A stretch of DNA of 47,781 nt from Euryarchaeota archaeon UBA181 (GCA_002496725.1 DALI01000067.1:1-47781); one strand, 5' to 3'; counted from the first letter of the stretch, positions 8,837 to 19,397 are shown. Numbers and translations: made by a program. Notes: generated by a model not told the origin, from the letters alone.

Positions 8837-11800
8837 GTTCCTGGAGGGGGAGGGGGCGGGATATCCTCCTCGTTAATACTGTCAATCTTGGGTATTGAAG
8901 AAATCATGGTTGACAAGTCTGGTGCGCTTGGGAGTGCATATGAGAATTCATTATCCTTCGGTCCTCCTCGATTCAAATCCACAGTATTACTACGGGGACT
9001 GATCTGGTAGAACTCATATGCTTCTTTCAGTTTCCTCCTGTGTGAAATCTGTGTGCTAATCAAGTAGCTAATTCCAAAGAAAGAAGCAATTGAAATTATT
9101 AGTGCCACAATGCCTACCGGAGTCAGAATGTATGATACTGCCCTTTCAGAAAAAGAGTTACTACTTTTCGAAATGACCATTTCAAAGCTCCAAAGGACCT
9201 CGGTGACTACTCCGCTGTCAATAATCAATGCAGAAACCTGTATTATGCGAGATCCCTCAGAACAGAGATAAATCTCTAGATTTTCATCAGGAGAATCACA
9301 ATCAAGCGAGGCAATTGATATATTTCTATTACTCATTAGGGCACTCTCATTTAGAGAGTAATCCCCTATTCTCCAAGAGATTGTATATTCAACCCCCTCT
9401 GGGATAATCCCAACATCTAGATTAAGAGTCTCATTCTTAGTATACCATCTATCCATGCCCTCGGAGGAGATATCAAGCAAATTAATTCTTGAAAAACCCT
9501 CATCAATCAACTCATTACAGTCGTCATCGATACCATTCCAGGCCTCATTCGAGTCAGGATTCACGGAATCATCTGCATCATTACAATCCTCGAAATCAAG
9601 GAACCCATCTTCATCGTTATCATAATTGAATACAAGGGGATCTGACCCCATATCAAGAACTTCGTCTCCATCAAGGTACCCATCTTTATCCGAATCAGCA
9701 TCGATAGAAGAGGTTGAAAATACATGAAACTCTTCATAATCCTTCAAGCCATCTGAATCAGTATCAATATCTATGAAGTCTTCATCAATTGACTCGTCAC
9801 AATCATTGTCCTTTCCGTCAAGTACCTCGGAAAGATAACCCGCTCTCTCAGAATCCTCATCATCACAGTCCTCGAACCAATACTCTCCATCTCCGTCATT
9901 ATCGGGGTCAGCTGAGATAGGATCGGTACCAGTAATTTGAATTTCATACCCGTCGGGAAGCCCATCTCCATCAGTATCGCCGTTGTATGGGTTAGTAGAG
10001 AGATTGTGATATTCCTCAAAGTCACTAAGCAGGTCACCATCTGAATCTATCGTATCGAAGCCATCATCCATTACCTCGTCACAGTCATTATCTATTCCAT
10101 CAAGAACCTCATTGAGGCCAGGGGATCTGAAACCATCGTTATCATCGCAGTCTTGGAACCAATACCACCCATCGCTATCATCATCTGGGTCAACAATGTT
10201 GGGATCGCTCCCATGGGTCAAAACCTCAATTCCATCATTCAACCCATCATCATCGGAGTCACTGTCCAAGTGATTAGTCAGATGAGTGTAATATTCAGCC
10301 CAATCGAAAAGACCATCTCCGTCAGAATCAGTAAAATTGAATCCTTCATCGGTTTGTCCTTCACAATTGTCATCAAGTCCATTGAGGATTTCAGGTCTTC
10401 CAGGATTAATCATTGGATTGTTATCATCGCAGTCGTTAAAATGGTAGAACAGATCACCGTCATCGTCAGGATCGAATGTAAGTGGATTACTGCCCCAGAA
10501 ATTTATTTCCGCACCATCTGACAGGCCATCATCATCAGTATCACTGTCAAGCGGATTAGTATTGAAAGTCATTATCTCTTCCAAATCTCCTATGCCGTCC
10601 AAATCTGAATCAGGAGACAGTGGATCAGTACCGTGATTCATCACTTCTTCATAGTCACTCAGTCCGTCATCATCTGAGTCCGAGTCATAGGGATCAGTTC
10701 CCCATATCTCAGTCTCATCGATATCCTCCAATCCATCATCATCATGATCAAGATCAGCATCAGTGCCATGTAATATCATCGACCATTGGTTCAGGGTTCC
10801 AGTAGTTCCCGAATCAACATCCCTTACCTTCAATTGCCATTCCCCTAGTGAGGACTCGTCCCAAAGATGAACGGAGTTGAAAGTCCAATTATCATAGTCA
10901 TCGCCATTATCGTTTCTTTGTTCGGCTAGCCAAGACTCCTTGCCAGATGGAGACACAAGCACAATTTCCAAGTCCCCCCTCGAAGAATGTGAGATATCCA
11001 CAATCACATCGACACTCTCAATGGCGATATCAGTACTGACAGAGGCATTAAATGAGCTCCAAGATGAGTTTGCGTCATCTATCTGATAATTAGTCGAGAT
11101 TGGCCCAACACTGAGATTAACCTCATCATCTACATTTACCCATGATGAAGCTAGTGAGACCGCGGACCCAGCATCCACGGCTCCGAATCCATACTTGTGA
11201 GATACATCATGCCCTGCTCCATTTATTTCCCATGATGAATCAGAGGGATCATTTTTCCTCGCACTGTTTACCAGTATGTGTTGGACATCCCTCCAAGTAA
11301 GGTTCTGATTCGCTTCTAGCATCAGAGCAATAACCCCTGAGGCCAGAGGAGTTGCACTAGATGTTCCTCCAAATGTATCAGTCACATTTCCTGATGAGTT
11401 GTAACCTCCAGAGCCGACTATGTCTGTGGTTGTTATGGCCTCGCCATCACCATTTGAATGAGCCGCAACTAGAATGTTAGCACCAGGCTCTGCATAGTAA
11501 GACTGCTGTCCGAAGTGCGATATTGCTGTAACTGCAATTGTAAATCTACTATTTGCGTATCCATCATAGTTCGAATCATCATCGGATTGTAGGCCATTAC
11601 CCGCCGCCCACGTTATGATATTCCCCAAACCGTTCCTTCCCTGATATGCATCATTTTCGAATGCGGCGAGCATTAGAGGCCCCGGTGCTTCTAATGTCCG
11701 ACCGTTGTCACTGGGTCCCCAAGAATTAGAATATATGTCCACATATCCATTTTCATAACTCAGAGCTCGCGACTCGTCAAAATCACTCACGGAGCATGCT

Positions 11801-12564
11801 ATTAGTGTTGAGCCGGCAATATTAGCTCCAAAGGCCGCCCCTGAGACGTACAGTGAGTTATTCCCTGCTGCGGCGGCGACACCAGCGGCGGCGGTTCCAT
11901 GCCCATCAAAACTCAGGGGGCTCGGGTCAGAATCATCATTGCACCAGTCGTAGGACGCCGATTGATCATATCTCGGAGAAATATCTGGGTGCGAATAATC
12001 AAGTCCATCATCCACTATACTGATTATTACTCCAGAACCATTGTACATGTTCCAAGCACCAGTGAGGTTAGCATCTTCACCGGAAACTCCTCCTGTTTGG
12101 CCGAAGTTATCAAGATGCCACTGAGAGCTTAATTCAGGATCATTGGGCGAATATCTTTCATGCATTTCACTCTTTGTAATAGGCGAATAAGCCTCTATCT
12201 CTCCTGCTTGTAATGACTCTGAAAGCCTCTTTAAAGGCTCTGAACCACCTTCAAGCTCCCAAATGAATGCTCCCTGCAATATACCAGTCTCTTTACTAGA
12301 GATGGGCTTAGAGAGTGACATCGAATGCTCTGAAATAGGTACACTGGTAACAATAAGCCACTCTCTTGTTTCATAGAGCTCATCTAGATGATATGAGTCT
12401 ATATCCCCTACTCTGTCGAACGCTAGCTGAACCTGAATCGAGTATCCTTCAAGTACCGATTTTGCTGAGATTTCATCTTCCCGTTCATCAATATTTTCTG
12501 CAGATACGAGAGCTACAAAGGGAGAGAAAAGAAGAATCACAACCATTAGGATGGCGTATCGCAT
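8830..12564 (-). CDS. Membrane-anchored kexin/furin-type (S8B) serine protease with P domain and acidic repeat stalk
   Basis: Signal peptide MRYAILMVVILLF. Catalytic motifs IVDDGLD, HGTAAAG, GTSSATP, plus SNSWGP, WAAGNG, LTWRDVQH, SHKYGFG. P domain (HSSRGDLEIVLVSPSG...GEWQLKVRD), repeats, a TM helix and a Pro-rich tail follow. Confidence 0.92.
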   Translation of the reverse strand: MRYAILMVVILLFSPFVALVSAENIDEREDEISAKSVLEGYSIQVQLAFDRVGDIDSYHLDELYETREWLIVTSVPISEHSMSLSKPISSKETGILQGAFIWELEGGSEPLKRLSESLQAGEIEAYSPITKSEMHERYSPNDPELSSQWHLDNFGQTGGVSGEDANLTGAWNMYNGSGVIISIVDDGLDYSHPDISPRYDQSASYDWCNDDSDPSPLSFDGHGTAAAGVAAAAGNNSLYVSGAAFGANIAGSTLIACSVSDFDESRALSYENGYVDIYSNSWGPSDNGRTLEAPGPLMLAAFENDAYQGRNGLGNIITWAAGNGLQSDDDSNYDGYANSRFTIAVTAISHFGQQSYYAEPGANILVAAHSNGDGEAITTTDIVGSGGYNSSGNVTDTFGGTSSATPLASGVIALMLEANQNLTWRDVQHILVNSARKNDPSDSSWEINGAGHDVSHKYGFGAVDAGSAVSLASSWVNVDDEVNLSVGPISTNYQIDDANSSWSSFNASVSTDIAIESVDVIVDISHSSRGDLEIVLVSPSGKESWLAEQRNDNGDDYDNWTFNSVHLWDESSLGEWQLKVRDVDSGTTGTLNQWSMILHGTDADLDHDDDGLEDIDETEIWGTDPYDSDSDDDGLSDYEEVMNHGTDPLSPDSDLDGIGDLEEIMTFNTNPLDSDTDDDGLSDGAEINFWGSNPLTFDPDDDGDLFYHFNDCDDNNPMINPGRPEILNGLDDNCEGQTDEGFNFTDSDGDGLFDWAEYYTHLTNHLDSDSDDDGLNDGIEVLTHGSDPNIVDPDDDSDGWYWFQDCDDNDGFRSPGLNEVLDGIDNDCDEVMDDGFDTIDSDGDLLSDFEEYHNLSTNPYNGDTDGDGLPDGYEIQITGTDPISADPDNDGDGEYWFEDCDDEDSERAGYLSEVLDGKDNDCDESIDEDFIDIDTDSDGLKDYEEFHVFSTSSIDADSDKDGYLDGDEVLDMGSDPLVFNYDNDEDGFLDFEDCNDADDSVNPDSNEAWNGIDDDCNELIDEGFSRINLLDISSEGMDRWYTKNETLNLDVGIIPEGVEYTISWRIGDYSLNESALMSNRNISIASLDCDSPDENLEIYLCSEGSRIIQVSALIIDSGVVTEVLWSFEMVISKSSNSFSERAVSYILTPVGIVALIISIASFFGISYLISTQISHRRKLKEAYEFYQISPRSNTVDLNRGGPKDNEFSYALPSAPDLSTMISSIPKIDSINEEDIPPPPPPGTY
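9490..10765 (-). repeat. Intragenic protein-level repeats: DxDxDGLxDxxE...GxDP units alternating with four DCDD/DCND...DNDC/DDxC...DE modules
   Basis: Seen in translation. Degenerate at the DNA level; boundaries approximate. Confidence 0.85.
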
Positions 12565-12625
12565 GGTGTACCTCGTCCAACTAAGACATATAGGCATTCG
12601 TAGTCGACGTTAGAGACATAATTCA

Positions 12626-13882
12626 CTATTTTCCATCAAATGTAGAGATTTCATTACGAACTTCTCTATCTGTCATTAGTCTTCTCTGCGACTTAGCTAC
12701 CTCGAATAGATACTCTACCAAACTATCAGTTACTTCATATCCATTCTGACTGAGCCACCATGTAATATTAGATCTACCACTCATGTGCCCTATACGAATC
12801 ACCTGTTGTAATCCATAATCTCCTGCGGGCACACCCGAGTAGACTCTATCTGCGAGCCAGTGGTCTCCCTTCGCCATCGCCTTAACCACTGCACTAGCAT
12901 GAACGCCAGTACCAGTCTCAAATGCATCTTCGCCGAATACTGGATAATTTCTAGGGAGGGCAACCCCAACATATTCGTGTGCCTTTTTCATGTAGTCATT
13001 CAATGAAGTGAGATCATTCTCAATCACCCCCATCAAGCTTAGGTTCACTAGAGTTTGATCTATTGGCGCATTTCCTGACCTCTCTCCGACTCCTAGAGCT
13101 GTCCCATGGATTACATCAGCTCCTGCCTCGTAAGCTGCGAGATTATTTGCAACACCAAGTCCACGGTCTTGATGACCATGCCAGTTTACTTCTATATCTC
13201 TTCTATTGAAGCCCGAATCAGGAATCACTTCCTCTTGAATGAACCCTAGTAACTTCTTGACGCCATTTGGAGTAACATGACCACATGTATCACATACACA
13301 AATCCTGTCCGCACCTAGCTCCATAGCCCTAGTGTATACTTTCTTGATTTCTTCGGGCTTGCTTCTTGTCGTATCCTCAGTTACGAACATCACTGGGATG
13401 TCATTATCCACGGCAAATGTAACTGCAGATTCTGCAGTTGACATTATTCTCTCCATGGTCCATCCCTCAGTATACTGTCTTATCGGACTGGTCCCAAGAA
13501 AGGCACTGGCCTGAATCTGCCTCTCGTGTTTCGATTGTAGATCAACCAGTGGTTCAATATCTGAAACCAACGTCCTGACAGCACAGCCAGGACGGAGAGA
13601 ATAATCCATCTCTCCCATGTGCTTCAACATTGAATCTATGTGTCCGACATGTTGAGGCCCAGCACCGGGAAGTCCCAAATCTACCTTCTGAATACCCAAC
13701 TTCTCCATGAAATCAATAAGCTCTATTTTTTGCTCTATTGTGGGGTTTATTGCACTAGGGCTCTGAAGCCCATCCCTTAGGGTCTCATCATCAAACCACA
13801 AGTCATGAGGGTGATTCGACTGCTGCCTACTAATCTCATAATCAATGTTATTCCAATCAAAGATTAGCTCCTTCTCCTCCAT
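12626..13882 (-). CDS. LeuA/homocitrate-synthase-like DRE-TIM metallolyase lacking the C-terminal regulatory domain
   Basis: DETLRDGLQ, EDTTR, CDTCG, HGHQDRGLGVAN, GVGERSGNA, GVHA, IGHMSGRSN. ATG 13882 follows a GGTGGTG SD. Confidence 0.8.
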   Translation of the reverse strand: MEEKELIFDWNNIDYEISRQQSNHPHDLWFDDETLRDGLQSPSAINPTIEQKIELIDFMEKLGIQKVDLGLPGAGPQHVGHIDSMLKHMGEMDYSLRPGCAVRTLVSDIEPLVDLQSKHERQIQASAFLGTSPIRQYTEGWTMERIMSTAESAVTFAVDNDIPVMFVTEDTTRSKPEEIKKVYTRAMELGADRICVCDTCGHVTPNGVKKLLGFIQEEVIPDSGFNRRDIEVNWHGHQDRGLGVANNLAAYEAGADVIHGTALGVGERSGNAPIDQTLVNLSLMGVIENDLTSLNDYMKKAHEYVGVALPRNYPVFGEDAFETGTGVHASAVVKAMAKGDHWLADRVYSGVPAGDYGLQQVIRIGHMSGRSNITWWLSQNGYEVTDSLVEYLFEVAKSQRRLMTDREVRNEISTFDGK

Positions 13883-13953
13883 CGCACCACCTACTTGTTT
13901 CGCTCCGCAACTACCTACCAAGTGCTTGAATCCATCGGGACGACGAAGTCGTG

Positions 13954-15015
13954 TTAGTTAGGGGCATTTCTCCTATTCTTTGAATCTGTCTCAAGCTTCA
14001 GTATCAGAGTCGAACAAATTATTATTCCAATAATTATCCCTTGTATTTCCCAGCCGGAGGAAACCAACAACAAGAAGAACATAGCCAGATATGCAAGTGA
14101 GAAAAAGAAAGATCTTGCAGCGGTTGGCATTCTCCCGTTTTCATCAATATCCTCTTCAAGGTCTATCCTCCAGACAGTAGATGCATACCAAAGACTCAGA
14201 ATGAAACAGCTCCATCTGAGAATTTGATAGAGTGAGTCACTATAATCGAGATTTCCATGAGCGATAGGGGCGTATAGGGATGCAACCATGAGAAGAATAG
14301 TATAGGCCTTCATTTCAATCATAGTTCTAGCTCCCCCTTTGACATTAGGCATCATTGGCACCCCAACATCTCCATAATCCTTTGATTTGTAAAGTGCGAG
14401 TGCCCAGAAGTGAGGGGGCGTCCATAGGAAAATAATGAGAAACATCAACCATGGCATCATACTTCCCAGTTCTGTCACTGAGGAAAACATTGATTCCAGA
14501 GAATCATAAGACATACTCAAAGAGCTCTCAGAAGCCGACCAACCAACAAGAGGAGGAGTAGAACCGGCAATACCTCCAATCACAATGTTTTGAGGGGTAG
14601 ATCTCTTCAACCAAATACTGTAAATAAATACATAGAACAGTATGCTGAAAGTAGCCCAGAAGGCCGCTACTGAATTAGCCATGTAGTAAAGCCAAATGAT
14701 TCCAAAAAGAGAAATTGATATACCGAAAATTAAGGCATTAGACGGAGAAATCTCTCCCATTGGTATCGGTCTGCTAGCCGTTCTAGACATCATCGGATCT
14801 ATATCTCGGTCATACCACATATTGATTGAATTAGCACCTCCTGCTGTGAGATATCCGCCTATCAAGACAATAAAAATCGTCCATATTGTATTCTGAGAAA
14901 TCCCGCCACCCTTAAGCAGATCATGCAATATTACTGAGCAGACCCCGGTAATCTGTAGTAGAATCACAACTCCCGGCTTAGTGAGTGCGAAATAGCTAGA
15001 CATTTTCCCACGCAT
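13954..15015 (-). CDS. ctaB: Protoheme IX farnesyltransferase (heme o synthase)
   Basis: LTKPGV, NMWYDRDIDPMMSRTASRPIP, LKRSTPQNIVIGG, WTPPHFWALA, DYGDVGVPMMP. Confidence 0.95.
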   Translation of the reverse strand: MRGKMSSYFALTKPGVVILLQITGVCSVILHDLLKGGGISQNTIWTIFIVLIGGYLTAGGANSINMWYDRDIDPMMSRTASRPIPMGEISPSNALIFGISISLFGIIWLYYMANSVAAFWATFSILFYVFIYSIWLKRSTPQNIVIGGIAGSTPPLVGWSASESSLSMSYDSLESMFSSVTELGSMMPWLMFLIIFLWTPPHFWALALYKSKDYGDVGVPMMPNVKGGARTMIEMKAYTILLMVASLYAPIAHGNLDYSDSLYQILRWSCFILSLWYASTVWRIDLEEDIDENGRMPTAARSFFFSLAYLAMFFLLLVSSGWEIQGIIIGIIICSTLILKLETDSKNRRNAPN

Positions 15016-15019
15016 CTTC

Positions 15020-16114
15020 TCACCTATCCTGAATATCTTTTTTCGTCCTCACTGTACGAGACATAACTGTGACTCCTAGCCAAGCGGTTGCGAGAATGGT
15101 GAAAGAGATCGTTGCTACCATCAGGTGTGCTAGAGACAGATATTCTGAGAATCCATCAGATTCCCAAGAAATGATATATGAGGCTCCAAGTAATGCATTT
15201 CCAAAGTATGTTGCAGTGGAGGCCCAAACCCAATTCCTCAGTACCAATCCACTTTGTCCGTGTTCACATTCCTTCCATATCCTGTATGAAGAGAATGCCA
15301 ACATCCCGCCAACGACCCCAACTAACCATCTATGGGCAATCTGAGACTGCAACTCCCAGTCTTCAATATTCTGGATCAACTGCCCATTACAAAGCGGCCA
15401 TGATTCCATGACTCCCTCGACTCCACAACCATAGTTAGCTCCTGGAGTTGTGGAAACATATACTCCGGAGAATAGGGTAATCAGTGTTGAGACTGACAGT
15501 AAACCAATCCATTTCTTCCATTTTAATCCAACTAAAGGATCGAAGCTAATCCAACTAGGCAACTCCTCTTCGTCCCTACGGATTTCCATCCAGAGCCAGA
15601 TTAGCGACAGTAGAAATGCAAGTGCGGAGCCAAGATGAATGGCCACACTCCAGTTCTCATTGTCTAATTTCACTGTCAGCCATCCGACAGCTCCCTGCCA
15701 TATTATCAAGGCCAAGGTGAGTGATGAGACCCCTCTTACCCTTGGTGTATTCCAAATCTCTCTTCTGATTAGGAGCCAATTAAGTATCACCAAGGGGCCA
15801 ACGAAAGCACCTGCAAGAAGCCTATGGAACCATTCAGTAAAAATTTGAAAGGAGGTATATCGGTGACCCGATCCCCTTGAATCAGCTTCATCTGGATTTT
15901 CCTCCCACCATTCTCCCTGTTCTTCTTCTGAGATATCAAATCCCAAGCTCCCAAAGCAGGTAGGCCAATCCGGACATGACTCGCCCGCATCATATATGCG
16001 AATCATTCCACCCATAGCGATTACTATGATTGTCAAAACGACTAGTACCTCAGTAGTCCTTCGAGGACTCACTGGGAAAGTCAGAAAATCACCTTTAGAG
16101 AACTCACTCTTCAT
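15020..16114 (-). CDS. ctaA: Heme a synthase (CtaA/COX15 type 1)
   Basis: [22 protein letters not shown], second WPLCNG and HRW; about 8 TM helices. Confidence 0.9.
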   Translation of the reverse strand: MKSEFSKGDFLTFPVSPRRTTEVLVVLTIIVIAMGGMIRIYDAGESCPDWPTCFGSLGFDISEEEQGEWWEENPDEADSRGSGHRYTSFQIFTEWFHRLLAGAFVGPLVILNWLLIRREIWNTPRVRGVSSLTLALIIWQGAVGWLTVKLDNENWSVAIHLGSALAFLLSLIWLWMEIRRDEEELPSWISFDPLVGLKWKKWIGLLSVSTLITLFSGVYVSTTPGANYGCGVEGVMESWPLCNGQLIQNIEDWELQSQIAHRWLVGVVGGMLAFSSYRIWKECEHGQSGLVLRNWVWASTATYFGNALLGASYIISWESDGFSEYLSLAHLMVATISFTILATAWLGVTVMSRTVRTKKDIQDR

Positions 16115-16364
16115 CTAGGTGGGGGTCCACATCTATAGGTATACGTTCTTGCTCATACTCAAGCGTCGCTATTTTCATCGGGTCTAGAACGACTCTCTCT
16201 TTGGCCTCATCGACACCATAAAGCTGTACTAACTCGTCATTAAACTTCTCTCGAAGCTCATCCTCAGTGACATACAGCGGGGCTCCCATGCTTATCTGAA
16301 GTGCTCTAGCGCCTATTATTCGGGCCTTCTCAAATCTTGTGTGGTGTCTAACAGGCTTAACCAT
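16104..16364 (-). CDS. rpoK: RNA polymerase subunit K (Rpo6)
   Basis: [21 protein letters not shown]...DPMKIATLE...IPI. Start set at MVKP (the ORF is open to 16409). Confidence 0.95.
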   Translation of the reverse strand: MVKPVRHHTRFEKARIIGARALQISMGAPLYVTEDELREKFNDELVQLYGVDEAKERVVLDPMKIATLEYEQERIPIDVDPHLDEE

Positions 16365-16435
16365 CGAGCGGCCGACCGAAGACCCCCACATAAGGACTGT
16401 GACTCCCATTCATTCCATCTTAGGGGCCCTGAGGC

Positions 16436-17596
16436 CTATTCTGAATTAACCAACATCGCCACTGCATTGCCCCCGCCAAGACATATGGTCACAATCCCAT
16501 TCTTGTATTCGTTTCTATTCATCGCATTAATTAGAGTCATTAGACACCTAGCTCCAGTTGCCCCCAGGGGATGACCAATAGATACCGCACCACCATGGAC
16601 ATTGAACCTGTCTCCCGGAATTTGAAAATGATCTTTTATGGCGCATGAAGCGGATGCAAAAGCCTCATTGTGTTCGTATAAGTCAACATCCCCTGCCTCT
16701 AATTTATTCCTTACGAGTAATTCCTCCACAGCAGGAATCGGGGCCGACATGACTCTGCTGGGCTCAACTCCCGAAGTTGTGTAATCAATAATTCTGGCTA
16801 AGATGGGTAATCCCAATCTATTGGCTACGGCCTCTGAAACTACCAAAACTGCCGAGGCCCCATCAGAAATTTGACTAGCATTACCAGCAGTAACCTGTCC
16901 ATCTGTATCAAAAACCGGTTTAAGACTCCCTAAACTATCCATGTCTGCATCCGATCTTATTCCTTCGTCCAAGGTGAGCTCTTCCATAGTCAGGCACTCA
17001 GAGGCCAACCAGCCTTGTTTCCATGCATCTAGACTCAATCTATGGGAACGTAGAGAGTAGGAATCAGAAACTCCCCTCGAGATTCCAAATTCAATGGCAC
17101 AAGTCTCACCAGTAATCCCCATTAAATCACCCGAGTAGGAATCAACAAGGCCGTCATGAGATAGAATGGAAATTAGGGACTTGAATGGAACATCTGAACC
17201 CCTCTTTACATCACGTACAAATCGGGGGGCATGTGTCATGGATTCCATTCCGCCTGCAACTACTATCTCTGATATTCCCGCTCTAATTTCAGTAGCCGCA
17301 ATCATCACAGCTTTCAGACTGGACCCGCAAACCTTGTTCACTGTGGTGCAAGGTGTACTAACTGGCATACCGGCCCCTAGCGCTACTTGTCTGGCTGGAG
17401 CTTGACCAGATCCCGCTTGTAGTACCTGGCCCATGTAAACTTGATCCACAATCCCACTATTTGGGTCAATACCCGTTCTGTAAAGAAGCTCTTTGACGGC
17501 CATAGCCCCTAAATCGACTGCACTGTATGCGGAGAGTGCACCACGGAACTTCCCGAATGGAGTTCTCGCATAACCGCATATTACCGCATCGGGCAT
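16436..17596 (-). CDS. Acetyl-CoA C-acyltransferase (thiolase)
   Basis: RTPFG, NKVCGS (catalytic Cys), GGMESM, TAGNASQISDGA, NEAFA, GHPLGATG, CLGGG. Confidence 0.95.
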   Translation of the reverse strand: MPDAVICGYARTPFGKFRGALSAYSAVDLGAMAVKELLYRTGIDPNSGIVDQVYMGQVLQAGSGQAPARQVALGAGMPVSTPCTTVNKVCGSSLKAVMIAATEIRAGISEIVVAGGMESMTHAPRFVRDVKRGSDVPFKSLISILSHDGLVDSYSGDLMGITGETCAIEFGISRGVSDSYSLRSHRLSLDAWKQGWLASECLTMEELTLDEGIRSDADMDSLGSLKPVFDTDGQVTAGNASQISDGASAVLVVSEAVANRLGLPILARIIDYTTSGVEPSRVMSAPIPAVEELLVRNKLEAGDVDLYEHNEAFASASCAIKDHFQIPGDRFNVHGGAVSIGHPLGATGARCLMTLINAMNRNEYKNGIVTICLGGGNAVAMLVNSE

Positions 17597-17654
17597 GAGA
17601 GGCCCAGTGCACTACTGGACTTCAAAGGTCCGATTAGATGTCCTTTTCAAAGAG

Positions 17655-18710
17655 TCAATTTGATGAGTTATAGCCATAGAAATCTGCGTTCCTAAGCTCA
17701 GGACGTGATTGAGGTTTCACTAGAATCGTTCTCACAGACCAGAGGTCCTTGAATACTCTATACCTGGAAGTTGCGTCTAGATAATCCACGCCACTGGTGC
17801 CTCCGGTGCCTATTCTCCTTCCCATAATCCTCTCTACCATTCTAGCATGAGAGTGTCGCCACTTTACCATTGACTCTTCCAGCTCCACTATGGCATCTAC
17901 AAGTTTACGAGGCCACGTGAGTAGCGGTAACTCTCTGTAAGACTCGATAAATAGAAGTCCCGCACGGGATCTGCTTATCTCCCCCCCCGGTTTCAGGAAA
18001 GAAACCGCCCCCTCATGAGCAGACATCATTCTAGCTTTCATTTTCTCAGAAGAATGAGGAGGAATATCGCACATTTTTCCATGTGCTTGTAAGTGCCTCT
18101 CGACATATTCAGATACGACATCATCATCTCCTTTGGAACCATATATTGACCCCATTATCGGTGTCCTCGCAATCCAGTTCATCAATGATTCAGCTAAGCT
18201 TGGCATCGATTCAGTATTCTCTAGACGTTCCAAGATCTCCCTTTTCGCTTCTCCTTTGTCTACCATCTTTCTGAATGAGTCAAGAGGATCAATTCCTCCG
18301 AACCTATCTGAGTTTTCTAGACCTAGAAGAATTTCAAACTCTCTCATCTGATATGACTCAAAACCTGAAGCAGTGCCCAAACCATCTCTGAATGCGAGGA
18401 ATCCTTGAGGGGTCAAGGTTTCCAATACAGTCCATTGATTGGCCATTAATCTGAAAATTTCAGTTGTCCTGCCAAGATGATCTACCGCAACTGGTATTTG
18501 ATCTTCCGGAACAGGTACCTGGCAGAGGATATTCCTTACTTCAGTAAGCTCCCTGATAATTTGCTTGAACCACAGCTCAAAAGTCTGATGAACTATTATG
18601 AAATGCATTTCATCCGAACTGATCCCCCTTTCTTCGCCCTGTAACTCAAGAAGCTCCCTGAGATTGAGGTATTCGGAGTAAGTCCAGTTACGGTTCACAT
18701 CACCAGTCAT
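17655..18710 (-). CDS. kynA: Tryptophan 2,3-dioxygenase
   Basis: YSEYLNL, DEMHFIIVHQTFELWFKQ, ASGFESYQMR, WRHSHARMVERIMG, GTGGTSGVDYL. Start set at MTGD (the ORF is open to 18791). Confidence 0.93.
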   Translation of the reverse strand: MTGDVNRNWTYSEYLNLRELLELQGEERGISSDEMHFIIVHQTFELWFKQIIRELTEVRNILCQVPVPEDQIPVAVDHLGRTTEIFRLMANQWTVLETLTPQGFLAFRDGLGTASGFESYQMREFEILLGLENSDRFGGIDPLDSFRKMVDKGEAKREILERLENTESMPSLAESLMNWIARTPIMGSIYGSKGDDDVVSEYVERHLQAHGKMCDIPPHSSEKMKARMMSAHEGAVSFLKPGGEISRSRAGLLFIESYRELPLLTWPRKLVDAIVELEESMVKWRHSHARMVERIMGRRIGTGGTSGVDYLDATSRYRVFKDLWSVRTILVKPQSRPELRNADFYGYNSSN

Positions 18711-18806
18711 ACCTTCTGCTGAGAGTCCCCGCTTGAAGTATTGTCGCTCTAGGGGAGTCCAATTAATGATAGAACCATCTAAATCCCCCAATACTAGCAG
18801 AAATCT

Positions 18807-19397
18807 GTGTCACCTTCGAAGCCTCAACGATCCAATGGGCTCATACGTCCTGTTCCCTCGTTGAAAGTTACTAGTGCATTGTCTCTCTCCCTCATATCAT
18901 TTAGTGATGCAGAGGAGCTATTCGCTTTAGTCGAAATTAACAGGATATATCTTAGGAAGACACTACCTTGGTTGGATACGGTAAAGACCCTCAATGATCA
19001 GATTTCTTACATATCCAATTGTCTATCGGAATATGACAGGTACACTGGCGCTATGTACGCAATTAGACAGGATGGGAGAATTATCGGAATCATTGGACTA
19101 AACTGGATAGATCAACAGAATAGGGGATGCGGGATCGGATATTGGATATCAGAGGAATATATGGGAGGGGGGGTAATCACCCAAAGTTGTTCGAGGATGA
19201 TCGATCACTGCTTTAGTGATCTGGGTCTTCATAGATTTGTACTTGAAGCGGCCGTGGATAACACTGCTAGCTGCAAGGTTGCTGAGAGGCTTGGGATGCG
19301 CTTAGAGGGCGTAATCAAAGATAGGGAGTTATTGTACGGTAGTTATGTAGATGCTAATCTATACTCCATAACGGGGCCAGAGTGGGTACAGAAGTAA
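18807..19397 (+). CDS. GNAT N-acetyltransferase, RimJ/RimL type
   Basis: IGYWISEEYMGGG, LGLHR, NTASCKVAERLGMRLEG. Confidence 0.88.
   Translation: MSPSKPQRSNGLIRPVPSLKVTSALSLSLISFSDAEELFALVEINRIYLRKTLPWLDTVKTLNDQISYISNCLSEYDRYTGAMYAIRQDGRIIGIIGLNWIDQQNRGCGIGYWISEEYMGGGVITQSCSRMIDHCFSDLGLHRFVLEAAVDNTASCKVAERLGMRLEGVIKDRELLYGSYVDANLYSITGPEWVQK

Noticed and set aside
9490-10765. Periodic repeats as a possible CRISPR array or DGR-like cassette
   Set aside because: The periodicity is in-frame and at protein level with synonymous divergence, and no cas or reverse transcriptase gene is present.
17604-17618. CAGTGC within a hairpin as an iron-responsive element
   Set aside because: CAGTG lies in the stem rather than the loop, and on the non-coding strand of the thiolase promoter.
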